A stretch of DNA of 64,000 nucleotides from an uncultured Acidimicrobiia bacterium (GTDB taxonomy: Bacteria > Actinomycetota > Acidimicrobiia > Spongiisociales > Spongiisociaceae): positions 1,031,990 through 1,095,989 of the forward strand of contig OY282370.1 of assembly GCA_958295745.1 (NCBI GenBank). The letters run 5' to 3'. Within the stretch, counting starts at the first letter, position 1. Each line of letters begins with the position of its first letter. The position numbers were made by a program, and so were the translations under genes. Below, one piece after another: positions 20,154 through 30,059 of the stretch. A model generated the notes under the pieces. That model made no database searches. It saw only the letters and a program-made list of their open reading frames with translations, and was not told where the DNA came from.

Positions 20154-20996
20154 TCACGCCACCAGGGTCTTGGAGGTGCGCTGGCCGATCCCCGCCGCGA
20201 TGAGCGCCACCCCCAGGGCGGTCACCGACAGGAGCACCCCCGGGAACAGGGCCGGCCACCATGCATTGATGATGAACAGCCGGCTGTCGTTCAGCATGCT
20301 GCCCCACTCCGGGGTGGGCGGTTGGACCCCGGCGCCCAGGAACGAGAGCCCGGCGATGGCCAGGAACACCACCACAAAGTCGCTCACCGCGTAGGCGATG
20401 GTTATCGGCATCACGTTCGGGGTCACGTGGAAGCCCAGTATCCGGAACCGCCCGTAGCCGAGGCAGCGGCCGGCCTCCAGGTAGTCCATCTCCCGGATGG
20501 CCAGGGCCCGCCCGCGGGCGACCTTGGCGTAGCGGGCCCAGGCGGTCAGGAACAACCCCAGGAGAATCCCCCTCATCCCCCTGCCGAAAGCGGCCACCAG
20601 CGCTATGACGATGATGAGGGTGGGGAAGGCGTTGATCACCTCGATGGCCAGGTCGCCGACGTACTGGACGATCCGGCTTCTGGTCACCCCGATGATCGAG
20701 CCGACCGCGGTGCCTACGAGCAGGGGGACCGCCACGGCCACTGCGGCGAGGGCGATGTCTATGCGGGCGGCGGTCCAGGTCCGCACGAACACGTCCCGCC
20801 CCAGGTGGTCGGTGCCGAACCAGTATTCGGCGGAGGGCGGGACGTTGGTGTCCGGGCCGCCCCGCAGCGGATCGTGCGGGCTCAACATCGGTATGACGAT
20901 CGAAAGGAGGACGATGGCGGCGACCAGCCCGGCGCCGAAACGCAGGCCGAAGGGCAGCGCCCGCCACCGGGCCCCCATCCGCCGCGCCGCGGTCAC
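20154..20996 (-). CDS. Peptide ABC transporter permease (OppC-like)
   Basis: FGTDHLGRDV, EAA-like YLEAGRCLG, LSFLGAGVQPPTPEWG. Confidence 0.92.
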   Translation of the reverse strand: MTAARRMGARWRALPFGLRFGAGLVAAIVLLSIVIPMLSPHDPLRGGPDTNVPPSAEYWFGTDHLGRDVFVRTWTAARIDIALAAVAVAVPLLVGTAVGSIIGVTRSRIVQYVGDLAIEVINAFPTLIIVIALVAAFGRGMRGILLGLFLTAWARYAKVARGRALAIREMDYLEAGRCLGYGRFRILGFHVTPNVMPITIAYAVSDFVVVFLAIAGLSFLGAGVQPPTPEWGSMLNDSRLFIINAWWPALFPGVLLSVTALGVALIAAGIGQRTSKTLVA

Positions 20997-21988
20997 GACA
21001 TCACCCGCGCCCGGGGGTCGATCACCGCCGCCAGGGTGTCGGCGAGGAAGTGGACGGCCACCACTATGAACCCGAAGATGAACAGGGTGCCCTGAACGAC
21101 CGGATAGTCGCGGGCCAGGACGCCCCTCACCAGGTAGGTGCCGATCCCCGGCAGCACGAACACCGTCTCCACGATGACGGCCGCCGCCAGGTAGGCGCCC
21201 ACGATGTATCCCATCAGCCCAATGACGGGCGCTATGGAAGGGCGCACCAGATACCTCCACATGAAGGCGGTCTTGTCGATCCCCCACACCAGGCCCGTCT
21301 CCACGAACTCCTCGGTGTAGGTCTCCCTGATCGACTCCTGGAGGACCCTCCCGAAGATCATCCCGATCGGGATGCCCGTGACGACGGCGGGCAGGATCAG
21401 GTACTTGATGTTCTGCGGGAAGGCGTACTCGTACCCCGCCACCGGCACCCAGCGCAGCCAGACCGCGAACGGCAGGAGCAGCAGCACCCCCGAGACGAAG
21501 ACCGGGGTGGCGATCAGGGCCGACGACAGCAGGTTGAAGCTCAGCCGGTACAGATTGGAGCGGGTCAGGCCCCCTACGACACCCAGCGGGAGGGCGATGA
21601 TAACGGCCACCAGCATGCCGAACCCGGTGAGCCACAGGGTGACCGGAAGCGTGTCGCCGATCCCGGTCAGCACCGGCCTCGTGGTCATGATCGAACGGCC
21701 GAAATCGAGCTTCAGCAGGTCGCTCATGTACCCGAGGTACTGGTTGACGAACGAACCGGTCAGGTGGAGCTCCTCCCGGAGCCGCTGTATCCTTTCCTCG
21801 CTGGCCAGGTCGCCCAGCAGCACCGCCACGGGGTCCCCCGGGACTATGCGGACCAGGGCGAAGGCCACGAGCGACACGCCCCACGCCACCAGGACCGCCC
21901 TGAGCAGGCGTCTGGCCACGGCGGCGGCTACCCGCTCTTTCCTCTGCTCCAGCTCCTCCGCCGGGGCGTTCACCGTCTCAGTCGTCAT
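20993..21988 (-). CDS. Peptide ABC transporter permease (OppB-like)
   Basis: VPGDP, LDFGRS, LPVTL, VETVF..PGIG, RDYPVVQG. Confidence 0.92.
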   Translation of the reverse strand: MTTETVNAPAEELEQRKERVAAAVARRLLRAVLVAWGVSLVAFALVRIVPGDPVAVLLGDLASEERIQRLREELHLTGSFVNQYLGYMSDLLKLDFGRSIMTTRPVLTGIGDTLPVTLWLTGFGMLVAVIIALPLGVVGGLTRSNLYRLSFNLLSSALIATPVFVSGVLLLLPFAVWLRWVPVAGYEYAFPQNIKYLILPAVVTGIPIGMIFGRVLQESIRETYTEEFVETGLVWGIDKTAFMWRYLVRPSIAPVIGLMGYIVGAYLAAAVIVETVFVLPGIGTYLVRGVLARDYPVVQGTLFIFGFIVVAVHFLADTLAAVIDPRARVMS

Positions 21989-22149
21989 GAGCCTCTCGAC
22001 CGGTCTTTCTCAGTGATCTCAGGGATGGATTCGGACGGGCGGCGGGCGGCGGGCGGTGTCCGGCCCCCCGTGTCGGGGGCGGCCCAGGAAGGCGTCGATG
22101 CCGACACCGCTCCGGGGCCGCCGCCGGGTCCGGGTCCGGGGTTGTCCGA

Positions 22150-24051
22150 TCAGCTCGCCGTGACGATCCAGAGGTTCTGGGAAGCCGGTATGACCTGCAG
22201 GGTGTCCAATGGAAGGCGGCTGCCGACCAGGACGGCCCGCTCGCCGACCGGGCAGTAGTTCGCCCCGGCCTCCCAGGCCGCCCGCTGGATATCGGTCTGC
22301 AGACGCTGGGACTCCGCCGCGTCGCCGGTCGACATGGCCACCCCCAGCTCCTCGATCATCCGGGTCACGTCCGGATCGCCGAAGGCCACCGAGTTCGACC
22401 AGAAGTTGTCCGGGTAGTAGATGGTGGTGAGGATGGTGAGGTTGTCGCCTCCGCCGCCCACCCACTGCACGTCGTAGTCCCGGTTGATGAGGGACTGGAT
22501 CGCCACCGCGTCCTCCACGGGCTGGACCTCGGCGGTCACGCCGATGTCGGTCCACTGCTCGGCCACGATGGTCGCCGCGTCCGTCCAGCCGGGCCGGGCG
22601 CCCCAGGTCTGGAGCGGTACGGAGAACCCGTCCGGGTAGCCCGCTTCGGCCAGCAGCCGGCGGGCCTCGTCCAGATTCCGCTCCAGGGGTATCACATCCT
22701 CGTACTCCCACTCGGTCCTGGAACGGGACAGCACGCCCCCCACCGGCTCCGCCGTGCCCAGGAAGGCCCGCTCGCTGATCTCATTGCGGTCGATCGCATG
22801 GCACAGCGCCTTGCGGACCCGCACGTCGGCCAGCGCGCCGGGCGAGTCGCTGCGGATGGCTATCCAGAAGACGCCGCCGATCGGATGGATGATCTGGTTC
22901 ACATCGTCGGGCAGGTCGGCCCGGACCGCCACCGGGATGTCGAAACCGACCTGGGCCGCTCCGGTGCTCACCTGAAGGAGCCGGGAGATCGGGTCCGTCG
23001 CCGACGACAGCACCAGTTTCCGGATGGCCGGCGGGCCGGCGTGGTAGTTCGGGTTGGCCTCGAGGGTCATGGTCGGGGATCCCGGGAACCACTCGGTGAC
23101 CATGTACTGGCTGGCGCTCACCGGCTTCTCGAAGTACTCGACGGGGTCGGCCAGCACCTGCTCGTGCGGGTGCAGGGGCAGCACCTCGCTGCAGACGACC
23201 TTCTGGGAGAAGCAGTTGAACGGCTGGGCAAGGTTGTAGACGATGGTCCGGTCGTCGGGGGCCTCGGCGGATTCCAACGCCACCAGCTGCCCGCCGAAGG
23301 GTCCCTCCGCCTTGGCCCGTTCGAGCGTCACCACGGCGTCCTGGGCGACTACGGGAGTGCCGTCGGAGTAGACGAGGTCCGGCTTCAGCCTGATGGTCAT
23401 CGTCAGCCCGTCGTCGGAATAGGTCGGGAAATCCTCGGCGAGGTCCGGTACGTAGGTGCCGTCTCCCAGATACCTGTACATGTAGCCGCCGAACGCCAGC
23501 AGACCGGCCATGTGGGCCGGGGCCACGTACGGGGCCCGGGCATAGTCGGCCTGGGCCACGAGGCTGGGGGTGCTCACGACCACTTCGTCGAGCATCATGG
23601 CCATGGCGTCCGGCTGGGTGGTGGTCGTGGTGGCGGCTGCCTGCGCGGCGGCCTCACGGGCTTCCTCGGCGGCCTGCTCGGCCGCTGCCTGGGCCTCTTC
23701 GGCCGCTTCCAGATCAGCCTGCGCCTGAGCCAGCGCCGCCGCGGCCGCGTCGGCTTCCGCCTGAGCCGCTTCGTCGCCTTCCATGGCTGCTTCGGCCGCT
23801 GCCTGGGCCGCTTCCATATCGGCCTGGGCCTGGGCCAACGCCGCCGCGGCTTCGGCGGCTTCTTCTTGCGCCGCCGACGCTTCTTGCCGCGCCGTTGCCG
23901 CTTCCGCCGCTGCTGCTTCCGCCGCGAGGCGGGATGCGTCATCCGCCTCCGACGTGTCGTCCCCTCCCCCGCCGCACGCCGCGGCGACCAAGGCAAAAAC
24001 GAGCAACAACCCTACGAGTGTGCGGATACGAACCGGATGCGCCGCCATCAT
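22150..24051 (-). CDS. Family-5 ABC substrate-binding lipoprotein with long Ala/Glu-rich N-terminal spacer
   Basis: Lipobox AAAC; ~100 aa AEQ-rich helix and Thr tract; SBP_bac_5 motifs PDLAE, YSDGTP, VRKAL.HAIDR, ARRLLAEAG. Confidence 0.9.
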   Translation of the reverse strand: MMAAHPVRIRTLVGLLLVFALVAAACGGGGDDTSEADDASRLAAEAAAAEAATARQEASAAQEEAAEAAAALAQAQADMEAAQAAAEAAMEGDEAAQAEADAAAAALAQAQADLEAAEEAQAAAEQAAEEAREAAAQAAATTTTTQPDAMAMMLDEVVVSTPSLVAQADYARAPYVAPAHMAGLLAFGGYMYRYLGDGTYVPDLAEDFPTYSDDGLTMTIRLKPDLVYSDGTPVVAQDAVVTLERAKAEGPFGGQLVALESAEAPDDRTIVYNLAQPFNCFSQKVVCSEVLPLHPHEQVLADPVEYFEKPVSASQYMVTEWFPGSPTMTLEANPNYHAGPPAIRKLVLSSATDPISRLLQVSTGAAQVGFDIPVAVRADLPDDVNQIIHPIGGVFWIAIRSDSPGALADVRVRKALCHAIDRNEISERAFLGTAEPVGGVLSRSRTEWEYEDVIPLERNLDEARRLLAEAGYPDGFSVPLQTWGARPGWTDAATIVAEQWTDIGVTAEVQPVEDAVAIQSLINRDYDVQWVGGGGDNLTILTTIYYPDNFWSNSVAFGDPDVTRMIEELGVAMSTGDAAESQRLQTDIQRAAWEAGANYCPVGERAVLVGSRLPLDTLQVIPASQNLWIVTAS

Positions 24052-24349
24052 GTCCTCCTCTCCCGCCTCCCCGAATGCCCGAGGCGGCTGCATGACAATG
24101 CTTGCGACCTTGTGAATATAGCCGCTCGATCTCCGCACCGTCCGGAGGAGGGCAGATTTTTGTCGTCCGGGGATGCGGTCGCGGCAGAGGGGGGCAGGGG
24201 CCGCCAGCGTATAGCCGCAGCAGGCCGGAGGTGAGGGCAACGACGGCGGCCCGGAGTTGGATGGCTGATCTCTTCGGGTTTGGAGGGAACGGGGCGATTT
24301 GGGTGGAGGGGTTCGAGTCGTTGCTGGGATCCCCCGGGAAGTCATCAAG

Positions 24350-24360
24350 CCCCCCCCCCC
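24350..24360. repeat. C11 homopolymer (G11 on minus strand) upstream of the SBP gene
   Basis: 11 consecutive C, within the inverted repeat CAAGCC/GGCTTG. Confidence 0.85.
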
Positions 24361-24466
24361 GGCTTGCCGGTGTGGGCCCCTGCCCCGCACGGTAACAATA
24401 ACGTGTGTAACCTGCCGTCCGAAGCCTGGCCGGAGAAGGATAACAAGACCCCTCCCCTTCAGTCAT

Positions 24467-25510
24467 TTAAAGAGGCATAGCCAGCTGTGATCCGGGTTGT
24501 AGTTCGGTGATATCGGTAGACTCTCTCTCACATAAACTAGGACGAGATGGTGGCTCGTGTTCATAGAAATATTCATCAGACCGTACCGGGGCATATAGTT
24601 CTTCATCATCCAGATCAAGGAGAGGATTCTGCCCTCTGCTTTCGTATTCTATCTGCCTGCGTAGTCTTCGCGCCTCTGCTCTCATCTTCGGGAACTCCCT
24701 AGCGGCTTTAGCATAAATATCTCTCATAATGCGGTTGCCGGCCTCGTGATCGGTGGCGAAGATCATGTAATATATTATGGAGCCTGGTTCATTTAAGACT
24801 TCAATAGAGTGTGTCCATCGATATCCGAGGTTCTTCTCAAGTCTCCATCGCATTAGGTTTAGATATTCATCTCGCGCTTGAGACGGACTAATCTCTTTTC
24901 TGAGGCGCGCATGATAGATACAAAGCCAGTCTTCCGTACCGTACATTCGATCGATCTTTATAGCATTAACATCGCTAACTCTTGAACCATCATCAACTGG
25001 TAACGTTCTGATAAACATCGGTGCAGCAAATAATAAGAATAATTCGGCCTTCCATTTTCGTCCCTTTTTAAACTGTGCTAAAGCCTTAAGAGTCCGCCAT
25101 TCTGCTTGCATACCGCTGGGATCAACAAAGGCAAAGGTCGGAGCCCGGTTCCACTCCCTTAATATATTTAGCTCCGACGGAATTCGTTCATTACAGTCCC
25201 CACCGATTACCTTCAAATCTCTACCAGGATACTTTGCTAGAAGGGCCTTCTTAAGTCTTGGAGCTTTGTCCTCTTTTTCAAAGAATCTGAGCCGAGTAAA
25301 GGGGGGATCATCAATTGACAGAGCGATAGCCGCTGATCCCTTTAGTGACTCGCCTGTCAGTCTATCTATATTCTCTGGCTCACCTGCAAAAGCATCAATA
25401 TATATCCTCTCGAATGCCTTGTTCTTAGTCGCAGTTGTAAACGCGTCTAGGTAACGCTGCAGGATATCCAGTTTTCCTCTTGTCCAGTAACCCCAAGCAC
25501 GACCCGGCAT
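24467..25510 (-). CDS. tcmP: Three-Cys-motif partner protein (TcmP-like, methyltransferase fold)
   Basis: WT..KL.IL..Y, YIDAFAG, GS, GDCN, F.FVDP, Y.MIFAT.H; directly follows DUF5131; AT-rich. Confidence 0.85.
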   Translation of the reverse strand: MPGRAWGYWTRGKLDILQRYLDAFTTATKNKAFERIYIDAFAGEPENIDRLTGESLKGSAAIALSIDDPPFTRLRFFEKEDKAPRLKKALLAKYPGRDLKVIGGDCNERIPSELNILREWNRAPTFAFVDPSGMQAEWRTLKALAQFKKGRKWKAELFLLFAAPMFIRTLPVDDGSRVSDVNAIKIDRMYGTEDWLCIYHARLRKEISPSQARDEYLNLMRWRLEKNLGYRWTHSIEVLNEPGSIIYYMIFATDHEAGNRIMRDIYAKAAREFPKMRAEARRLRRQIEYESRGQNPLLDLDDEELYAPVRSDEYFYEHEPPSRPSLCERESTDITELQPGSQLAMPL

Positions 25511-25518
25511 AACTATCT

Positions 25519-26268
25519 CTAAACCCCCTCCCTGAGTGCCGGCATCTCGTCGTGGAAGGCGCCGTCGAGTTCTCTTCCGCCAGCTTTGGGGGTGCGGCCG
25601 CCCCACTGCTTGAAGAAGAAGGCCACGCCCTCCGCCCGGCATCGGTCCCGGAGGCCGCGGACCCAGGCTTCGTTCATCGGTCTGGCGTTGTGGCCGCTCT
25701 CACCGCCTGCGATCAGCCATTGGATCGACGAGAGGTCCAAGCTCGGAAGCGGACCGAGCAGGGGTTCGGCGCTGACGAACCGCACCGCCGCTTTGACCTC
25801 GCGCAGGTGATCCACCCTGAAGGTGTAGCGGTCGTTCTCTACGCTCACGCCCATCCAGACGTTGGGAGGCCAGTCCAGGCAGGGCGCAAGCGAGGCGAGC
25901 CGCTTGGAGCGCTTGGTGAGTATCTGGTAGGTATGCCGGGGCGTATCGGCCATGACATCGAAGACACGCCGGATGAAGTCCAACGGCACCCCCGGATGGA
26001 ACAGATCGCTCATCGAGTCCACGAACACGAGCCGCCGCGACCTCCAACCGTAGGGCGCGGCCAACGTCTCCTCGTGCAGGGTCAGAGCGAAGCCCGGTCC
26101 GCTGGTCCTGGGATCCCCGTCGTTCTGGTACTTGGCCAGCCCCATCGCCTTGAGGCGCTTGGCGAGCGTGAGCGCGTAACAGTTGTCGCACCCGGCCGAG
26201 ACCCGATCACAGCCCGTGGTGGGATTCCACGTAGCGTCGGTCCACTCGATCCTCGACCCGTTGCTCAT
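25519..26268 (-). CDS. DUF5131 / phage Gp37-Gp68 family protein (three-Cys motif)
   Basis: IEWTDATWNPTTGCDRVSAGCDNCYA, FVDSMSDLFH, QILTKR, SAEPLLG, GGESG, FFFKQWGG. Confidence 0.95.
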   Translation of the reverse strand: MSNGSRIEWTDATWNPTTGCDRVSAGCDNCYALTLAKRLKAMGLAKYQNDGDPRTSGPGFALTLHEETLAAPYGWRSRRLVFVDSMSDLFHPGVPLDFIRRVFDVMADTPRHTYQILTKRSKRLASLAPCLDWPPNVWMGVSVENDRYTFRVDHLREVKAAVRFVSAEPLLGPLPSLDLSSIQWLIAGGESGHNARPMNEAWVRGLRDRCRAEGVAFFFKQWGGRTPKAGGRELDGAFHDEMPALREGV

Positions 26269-26300
26269 GGCCTCCTTCCCTTCGCCGCCAAGCCACATTC

Positions 26301-26322
26301 AATATAAAGGCCGGGTATGACA
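26301..26322 (-). promoter_or_regulatory. TGTCAT-N10-TATATT promoter-like motif upstream of DUF5131 (PafBC-like)
   Basis: Minus strand TGTCATACCCGGCCTTTATATT. Confidence 0.6.
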
Positions 26323-26397
26323 TTTCAAGAACCGATCCTGTCTGCGGCGTCCTTCGAGGACGGCCCCCTCTACCTTCCAAGATTTTCGGGCCGGGAG

Positions 26398-26866
26398 GAG
26401 TGGGAAAAAAATCTCGCCGGGGCGGTACGACCCCCTTGACCTATGACACACCCTTCCTATATACTAACTATCATAGAGCACTCGACAGGGGAAGCCGTAC
26501 AACAAGGGAGCGCAAGCCGACATGTCACAGCCCCTCGATACGGTTACAGACACAGACAACAAACATCACCGCAAAGTCCGCGGAACGCGGTGATCGAACA
26601 GCGAGTCCGGCCCGCAACCCCGCCGGGGGAACCGGGGACGGGCGAGCAACAAGCCAAAACCGAAAACCCAGACCGGGAACCGGGACAGGCCGCCGCGCCC
26701 GCCCCGCCCTGAGACCTTGGTGGTGGAGGCGGGGGCGGGCCCTGGGCGAAGCCCGAAACGCGCCCGAAAAGTCGCGAAAAACGGCGGGTAGCGGCGGCTG
26801 GCGGGGCGGGCGGGATATACAACCATGGGGCGGTCAGGGTTCACAACCGGCCTCTCACCGAGATGG
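26398..26866 (+). mobile_element. ORF-less copy of the DUF222-HNH element (5' end joined to 3' end)
   Basis: 26398-26480 matches 29985-30067; 26489-26831 is near-identical to 31339-31680; shared terminal ACCGAGATGG; the HNH ORF is absent. Confidence 0.85.
26551..26866 (+). ncRNA. Candidate structured ncRNA (copy 1)
   Basis: Preceded by TGTCAC-N10-TACGGT (26523-26544). Stems ATCACCGC/GCGGTGAT, GCCCGCCCCGCC/GGCGGGGGCGGGC and GGGC-GAA-GCCC. No convincing ORF. Confidence 0.45.
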
Positions 26867-27057
26867 TGGTCGCGAAGAACGGCGGGGCGGATCGAGGGTG
26901 GGTTCCTGGCCGGGGAGCGGGAAACCAAAACCAGAATCAGGCAACAAGAGGCAGACGCACCGTCACCCGTACCACCGCATCACCGGACTTGAGCACTTGA
27001 GCGACAGCCCTATACACGACCTCTAATCCACGGCGTCGCCTGCCGGAGATGGGCTGC

Positions 27058-29760
27058 TCAGGGGGTTGTGATGGTGTTGAGCGCTCGGACGAATAAGGAA
27101 GCCATCTGTGCTCTGGTTACCGGCTGGTCGGGGCAGTACCGGAGGGGGGCGGTGTCGCAGCCCAGGGTCACGCCCGCCCGGTGGAGGCCTTCTATTGCTC
27201 TGGCGGTGGATTCTTCCAAGCCGGCAACGTCGGAGAACAAACCCGTCGGCTGTTCGCCCGCCGCCAGGTTCGGGAAAGCCGCTACCAGCATCCGGGCCAT
27301 ATCGGCGCGGGTTACCACTCCGTCGGGGTTGAACACGCCGTCCACCGGCGGCATGATCCGGTTGGACGCCGCCCACCGGGCGTAGGCTTCGTACCAGGCC
27401 CCTGTCGGGACATCGGTCAGGGGCGCCGGATCGGTCGGAGCAGCAGGAACGGAACCGCCCTGCCGGTGGGTGATCGCCCGGTACAGGAACGCGGCCATCT
27501 GCCGTCTCGCGATCTGATCCTCGGGACAGAACCGGCGGGCTTCGCAACCGACGGTGACACCCCATTCGGCGATCCTCTCGATGTTCGGCTGATGAACGCT
27601 GCCGTCCTCGTCGCAGAACCTGCCCTGACACTCCGGAGCAGCGGACAGAGGGGGAGCAGCCGGCGGAGAAGCAGGATCAGCGGGCGGAGGAACAACAGGC
27701 GGCGGAGAAGGATCAGCGGGCGGCGGCGGAGAAGCAGCCGCGGGAGAGGCAGCCGGCGGAGAAGGATCACCGGACGGCGGCGGAGAAGCAGACGGCGGCG
27801 GAACAACAGGCGGCGGAGGATCCGACGGTGTGCGGTCGTTGTCGGTGATCGTCAACTCAGCGGGAGAAACGATAAACCCTTCAGCCGCGCCGGAGACCCT
27901 TACCGTCTCGGAACCCTCCGCGAAGCTGTCATCGACCACCGCCAAGTCGAAGGTATCCGTACCGCTCGATTGCCCCGCCGTGATCGTCACATCGAAATCG
28001 GCCACCTCGGTGAAATCCTCCACCACTGCGGTGACACCCGCGGCAACACCCGCCACCGACACTGTCACCGTCACGTCCTCCGCCGATGTCCCCGAACCGC
28101 CCCGGAACGCGGCGGTAACCGTCACCGCCCTTACCGGGTCCCCTTCGGCCACAACATCCGGGGACACACTCAAATCGATAAACGACGGGCGGCTGCACGC
28201 TTCGATCCGGCCGTGGTCGGCGACTTCCAGACGGGTGTCCAACTGAGACAACGAGCGGAGCTGGACGGGCAAAGCTCCGGAGAGATAGTTCTCACAGAAA
28301 TAGAACCAGTCCAACTTGCCTTTCCCTTGAGGCGGCGGGGCCAGCCTACCTAACTCAACAGGAATAGAACCCGTAAGACCATTACCATCGAGGAACAACC
28401 GCTTGAGGTTGGTCAAACCACCCAACTCAGCGGGAATAGAACCCGTAAGACCATTACCGTCGAGGACCAACCACTCAAGGTCGGTCAGGTTGCCCAACTC
28501 GGCAGGAATCGAACCCGTAAGATCATTATCATCAAGACGTAAACGTGTGAGGTCGGTCAGGTTGCCCAACTCGGCAGGGATAGACCCCGTAAGACCATTA
28601 CCCTTGAGATTCAACTCCCTGAGGTTGGTCAGGTTGCCCAACTCGGTAGGGATAGACCCCATAAGACCATTATCATTGAGATTCAACTTCAAGAGTCTGG
28701 TCAGGTTGCCCAGATCAGCGGGGATAGAACCCGTAAGACCATTACCATCGAGACCCAAATACTTGAGTTTGGTCAGCTTACCTAGCTCGGCGGGGATAGA
28801 ACTCGTAAGGCCATTACCATCGAGACCCAAATGTGTGAGGTTGGTCAAATCACCCAACTCGGCGGGGATAGAACCCGTAAGACCATTATTGAAAAGAGAC
28901 AAGTACCGGAGATCAGTCTTACCCAACTCAGCAGGAATCGAACCCGTAAGACCATTACTGGAAAGGCCCAAATCCCGGAGGCTGGTCAAATCACCCAGAT
29001 CAGCAGGAATAGAACCCGTAAGACCATTACTGGAAAGGTTCAAATCCCGGAGGTTGGTCAAATCACCCAACTCGGCAGGAATAGAACCCGTAAGACTATT
29101 ATACTTGAGATTCAAATCCACGAGGCTGGTCAAATCACCCAGATCAGCAGGAATAGAACCCGTAAGACTATTATTGGAAAGATACAAACCCCAGAGGTTG
29201 GTCAAATCACCCAACTCGGCAGGAATCGAACCCGTGAGACTATTCCTGGCGAGATCCAACCTCCCGAGGTTGGTCAAATCACCCAGATCAGCAGGAATAG
29301 AACCCGTAAGGCCATTATCGTCAAGAAGCAACTCATTGAGGTTGGTCAAATCACCCAACTCGGCAGGAATAGAGCCCTTGAGATCACTATCGGAAATATC
29401 AACATGGGTCACCCGTTTGGGAGTGGAGCCGACCGTGATACCGTCCCAAGTGGTGATGTCCCCACTCCAGGTGCGTAGTGGATGGTTGGAGCGCAAGCCT
29501 GCATTGAGGGCGTCGTTCGTCCAGTGGTTTCGTATAGCTACCAGGGTTTGGCAGTCAGAGACTAGGCCGGTGTTGGCGGCGGGATCGGCCACGTAGGTCC
29601 CGTCCGAACAGGAAGCCGGATCGAGGGGGGTGATCCCGGGGTCGGTCTGAGCCGCAACAGGCGCGCCCAGAGCGAGGCCCAAACCGCCAACCAGCAAAAC
29701 CACCTTGACCCTGAAAATCCACGACTTCTTGAACATGGCTCCCCGCGACTTGTCGAACAT
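27058..29760 (-). CDS. Secreted plant-type LRR + Calx-beta-like + Pro-rich + SLH surface protein
   Basis: Signal peptide; ~15 x 24 aa LxxLxLxxNxLTGSIPAELGxL; one Calx-beta-like module; Pro-rich linker; SLH motifs FCPEDQIARRQMA, VTRADMA, YCPDQPVTRAQMA. Confidence 0.93.
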   Translation of the reverse strand: MFDKSRGAMFKKSWIFRVKVVLLVGGLGLALGAPVAAQTDPGITPLDPASCSDGTYVADPAANTGLVSDCQTLVAIRNHWTNDALNAGLRSNHPLRTWSGDITTWDGITVGSTPKRVTHVDISDSDLKGSIPAELGDLTNLNELLLDDNGLTGSIPADLGDLTNLGRLDLARNSLTGSIPAELGDLTNLWGLYLSNNSLTGSIPADLGDLTSLVDLNLKYNSLTGSIPAELGDLTNLRDLNLSSNGLTGSIPADLGDLTSLRDLGLSSNGLTGSIPAELGKTDLRYLSLFNNGLTGSIPAELGDLTNLTHLGLDGNGLTSSIPAELGKLTKLKYLGLDGNGLTGSIPADLGNLTRLLKLNLNDNGLMGSIPTELGNLTNLRELNLKGNGLTGSIPAELGNLTDLTRLRLDDNDLTGSIPAELGNLTDLEWLVLDGNGLTGSIPAELGGLTNLKRLFLDGNGLTGSIPVELGRLAPPPQGKGKLDWFYFCENYLSGALPVQLRSLSQLDTRLEVADHGRIEACSRPSFIDLSVSPDVVAEGDPVRAVTVTAAFRGGSGTSAEDVTVTVSVAGVAAGVTAVVEDFTEVADFDVTITAGQSSGTDTFDLAVVDDSFAEGSETVRVSGAAEGFIVSPAELTITDNDRTPSDPPPPVVPPPSASPPPSGDPSPPAASPAAASPPPPADPSPPPVVPPPADPASPPAAPPLSAAPECQGRFCDEDGSVHQPNIERIAEWGVTVGCEARRFCPEDQIARRQMAAFLYRAITHRQGGSVPAAPTDPAPLTDVPTGAWYEAYARWAASNRIMPPVDGVFNPDGVVTRADMARMLVAAFPNLAAGEQPTGLFSDVAGLEESTARAIEGLHRAGVTLGCDTAPLRYCPDQPVTRAQMASLFVRALNTITTP
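28350..29410 (-). repeat. 72-bp tandem repeats encoding LRR units
   Basis: Recurrent GGAATAGAACCCGTAAGACCATTA-type units at ~72 bp period. Confidence 0.9.
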
Positions 29761-29774
29761 GGCTCCAAATACTA

Positions 29775-29785
29775 CCCCCCCCCCC
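29775..29785. repeat. C11 homopolymer (G11 on coding strand) just upstream of the LRR-SLH start
   Basis: 11 C, 14 nt from the first ATG at 29760. Confidence 0.85.
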
Positions 29786-30030
29786 GGGATTCCAAATCAA
29801 ATCCACCTGCGGGAAGGGCAGGCCGAAGGGTGGACCAAGTGGAGAAGCACCCCCTGACCTGGGATTGATCTGAGGTCCACCCAGGCCGGACATCCCGCCC
29901 TGGTTGAGACAGCAGCGCCTCGTCCGTCCAAGCGGGCGATGCGGTGATCGGCCTCGCAGTCACCGACCGCCGGGCCGGCCGACAGAGTGGGAAAAAAATC
30001 TCGCCGGGGCGGTACGACCCTCTTGGCCTA

Positions 30031-30052
30031 TGTCGCACCTTTCCTATATACT
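30031..30052 (+). promoter_or_regulatory. TGTCGC-N10-TATACT promoter-like motif, probably leaderless, for DUF222-HNH
   Basis: TATACT ends 7 nt before ATG 30060; no Shine-Dalgarno; same spacing as the ssb and DUF5131 motifs. Confidence 0.65.
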
Positions 30053-30059
30053 AACTATC

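Noticed and set aside
26436-26465. Classical TTGACC-N18-TATACT promoter as the only explanation of the element promoter
   Set aside because: Plausible for copy 1, but the -35 is TTGGCC in copy 2, while the TGTC-N10 spacing recurs at many sites.
26400-27026. 208 aa and 89 aa ORFs over the ORF-less element
   Set aside because: Frames are not preserved between copies, the leaderless ATG is mutated, and the products are low-complexity. A ~40 aa GTG ORF (26590-26712) cannot be fully excluded.
28403-29596. Repetitive 397 aa and 215 aa plus-strand ORFs
   Set aside because: Antisense reading of the LRR repeats.
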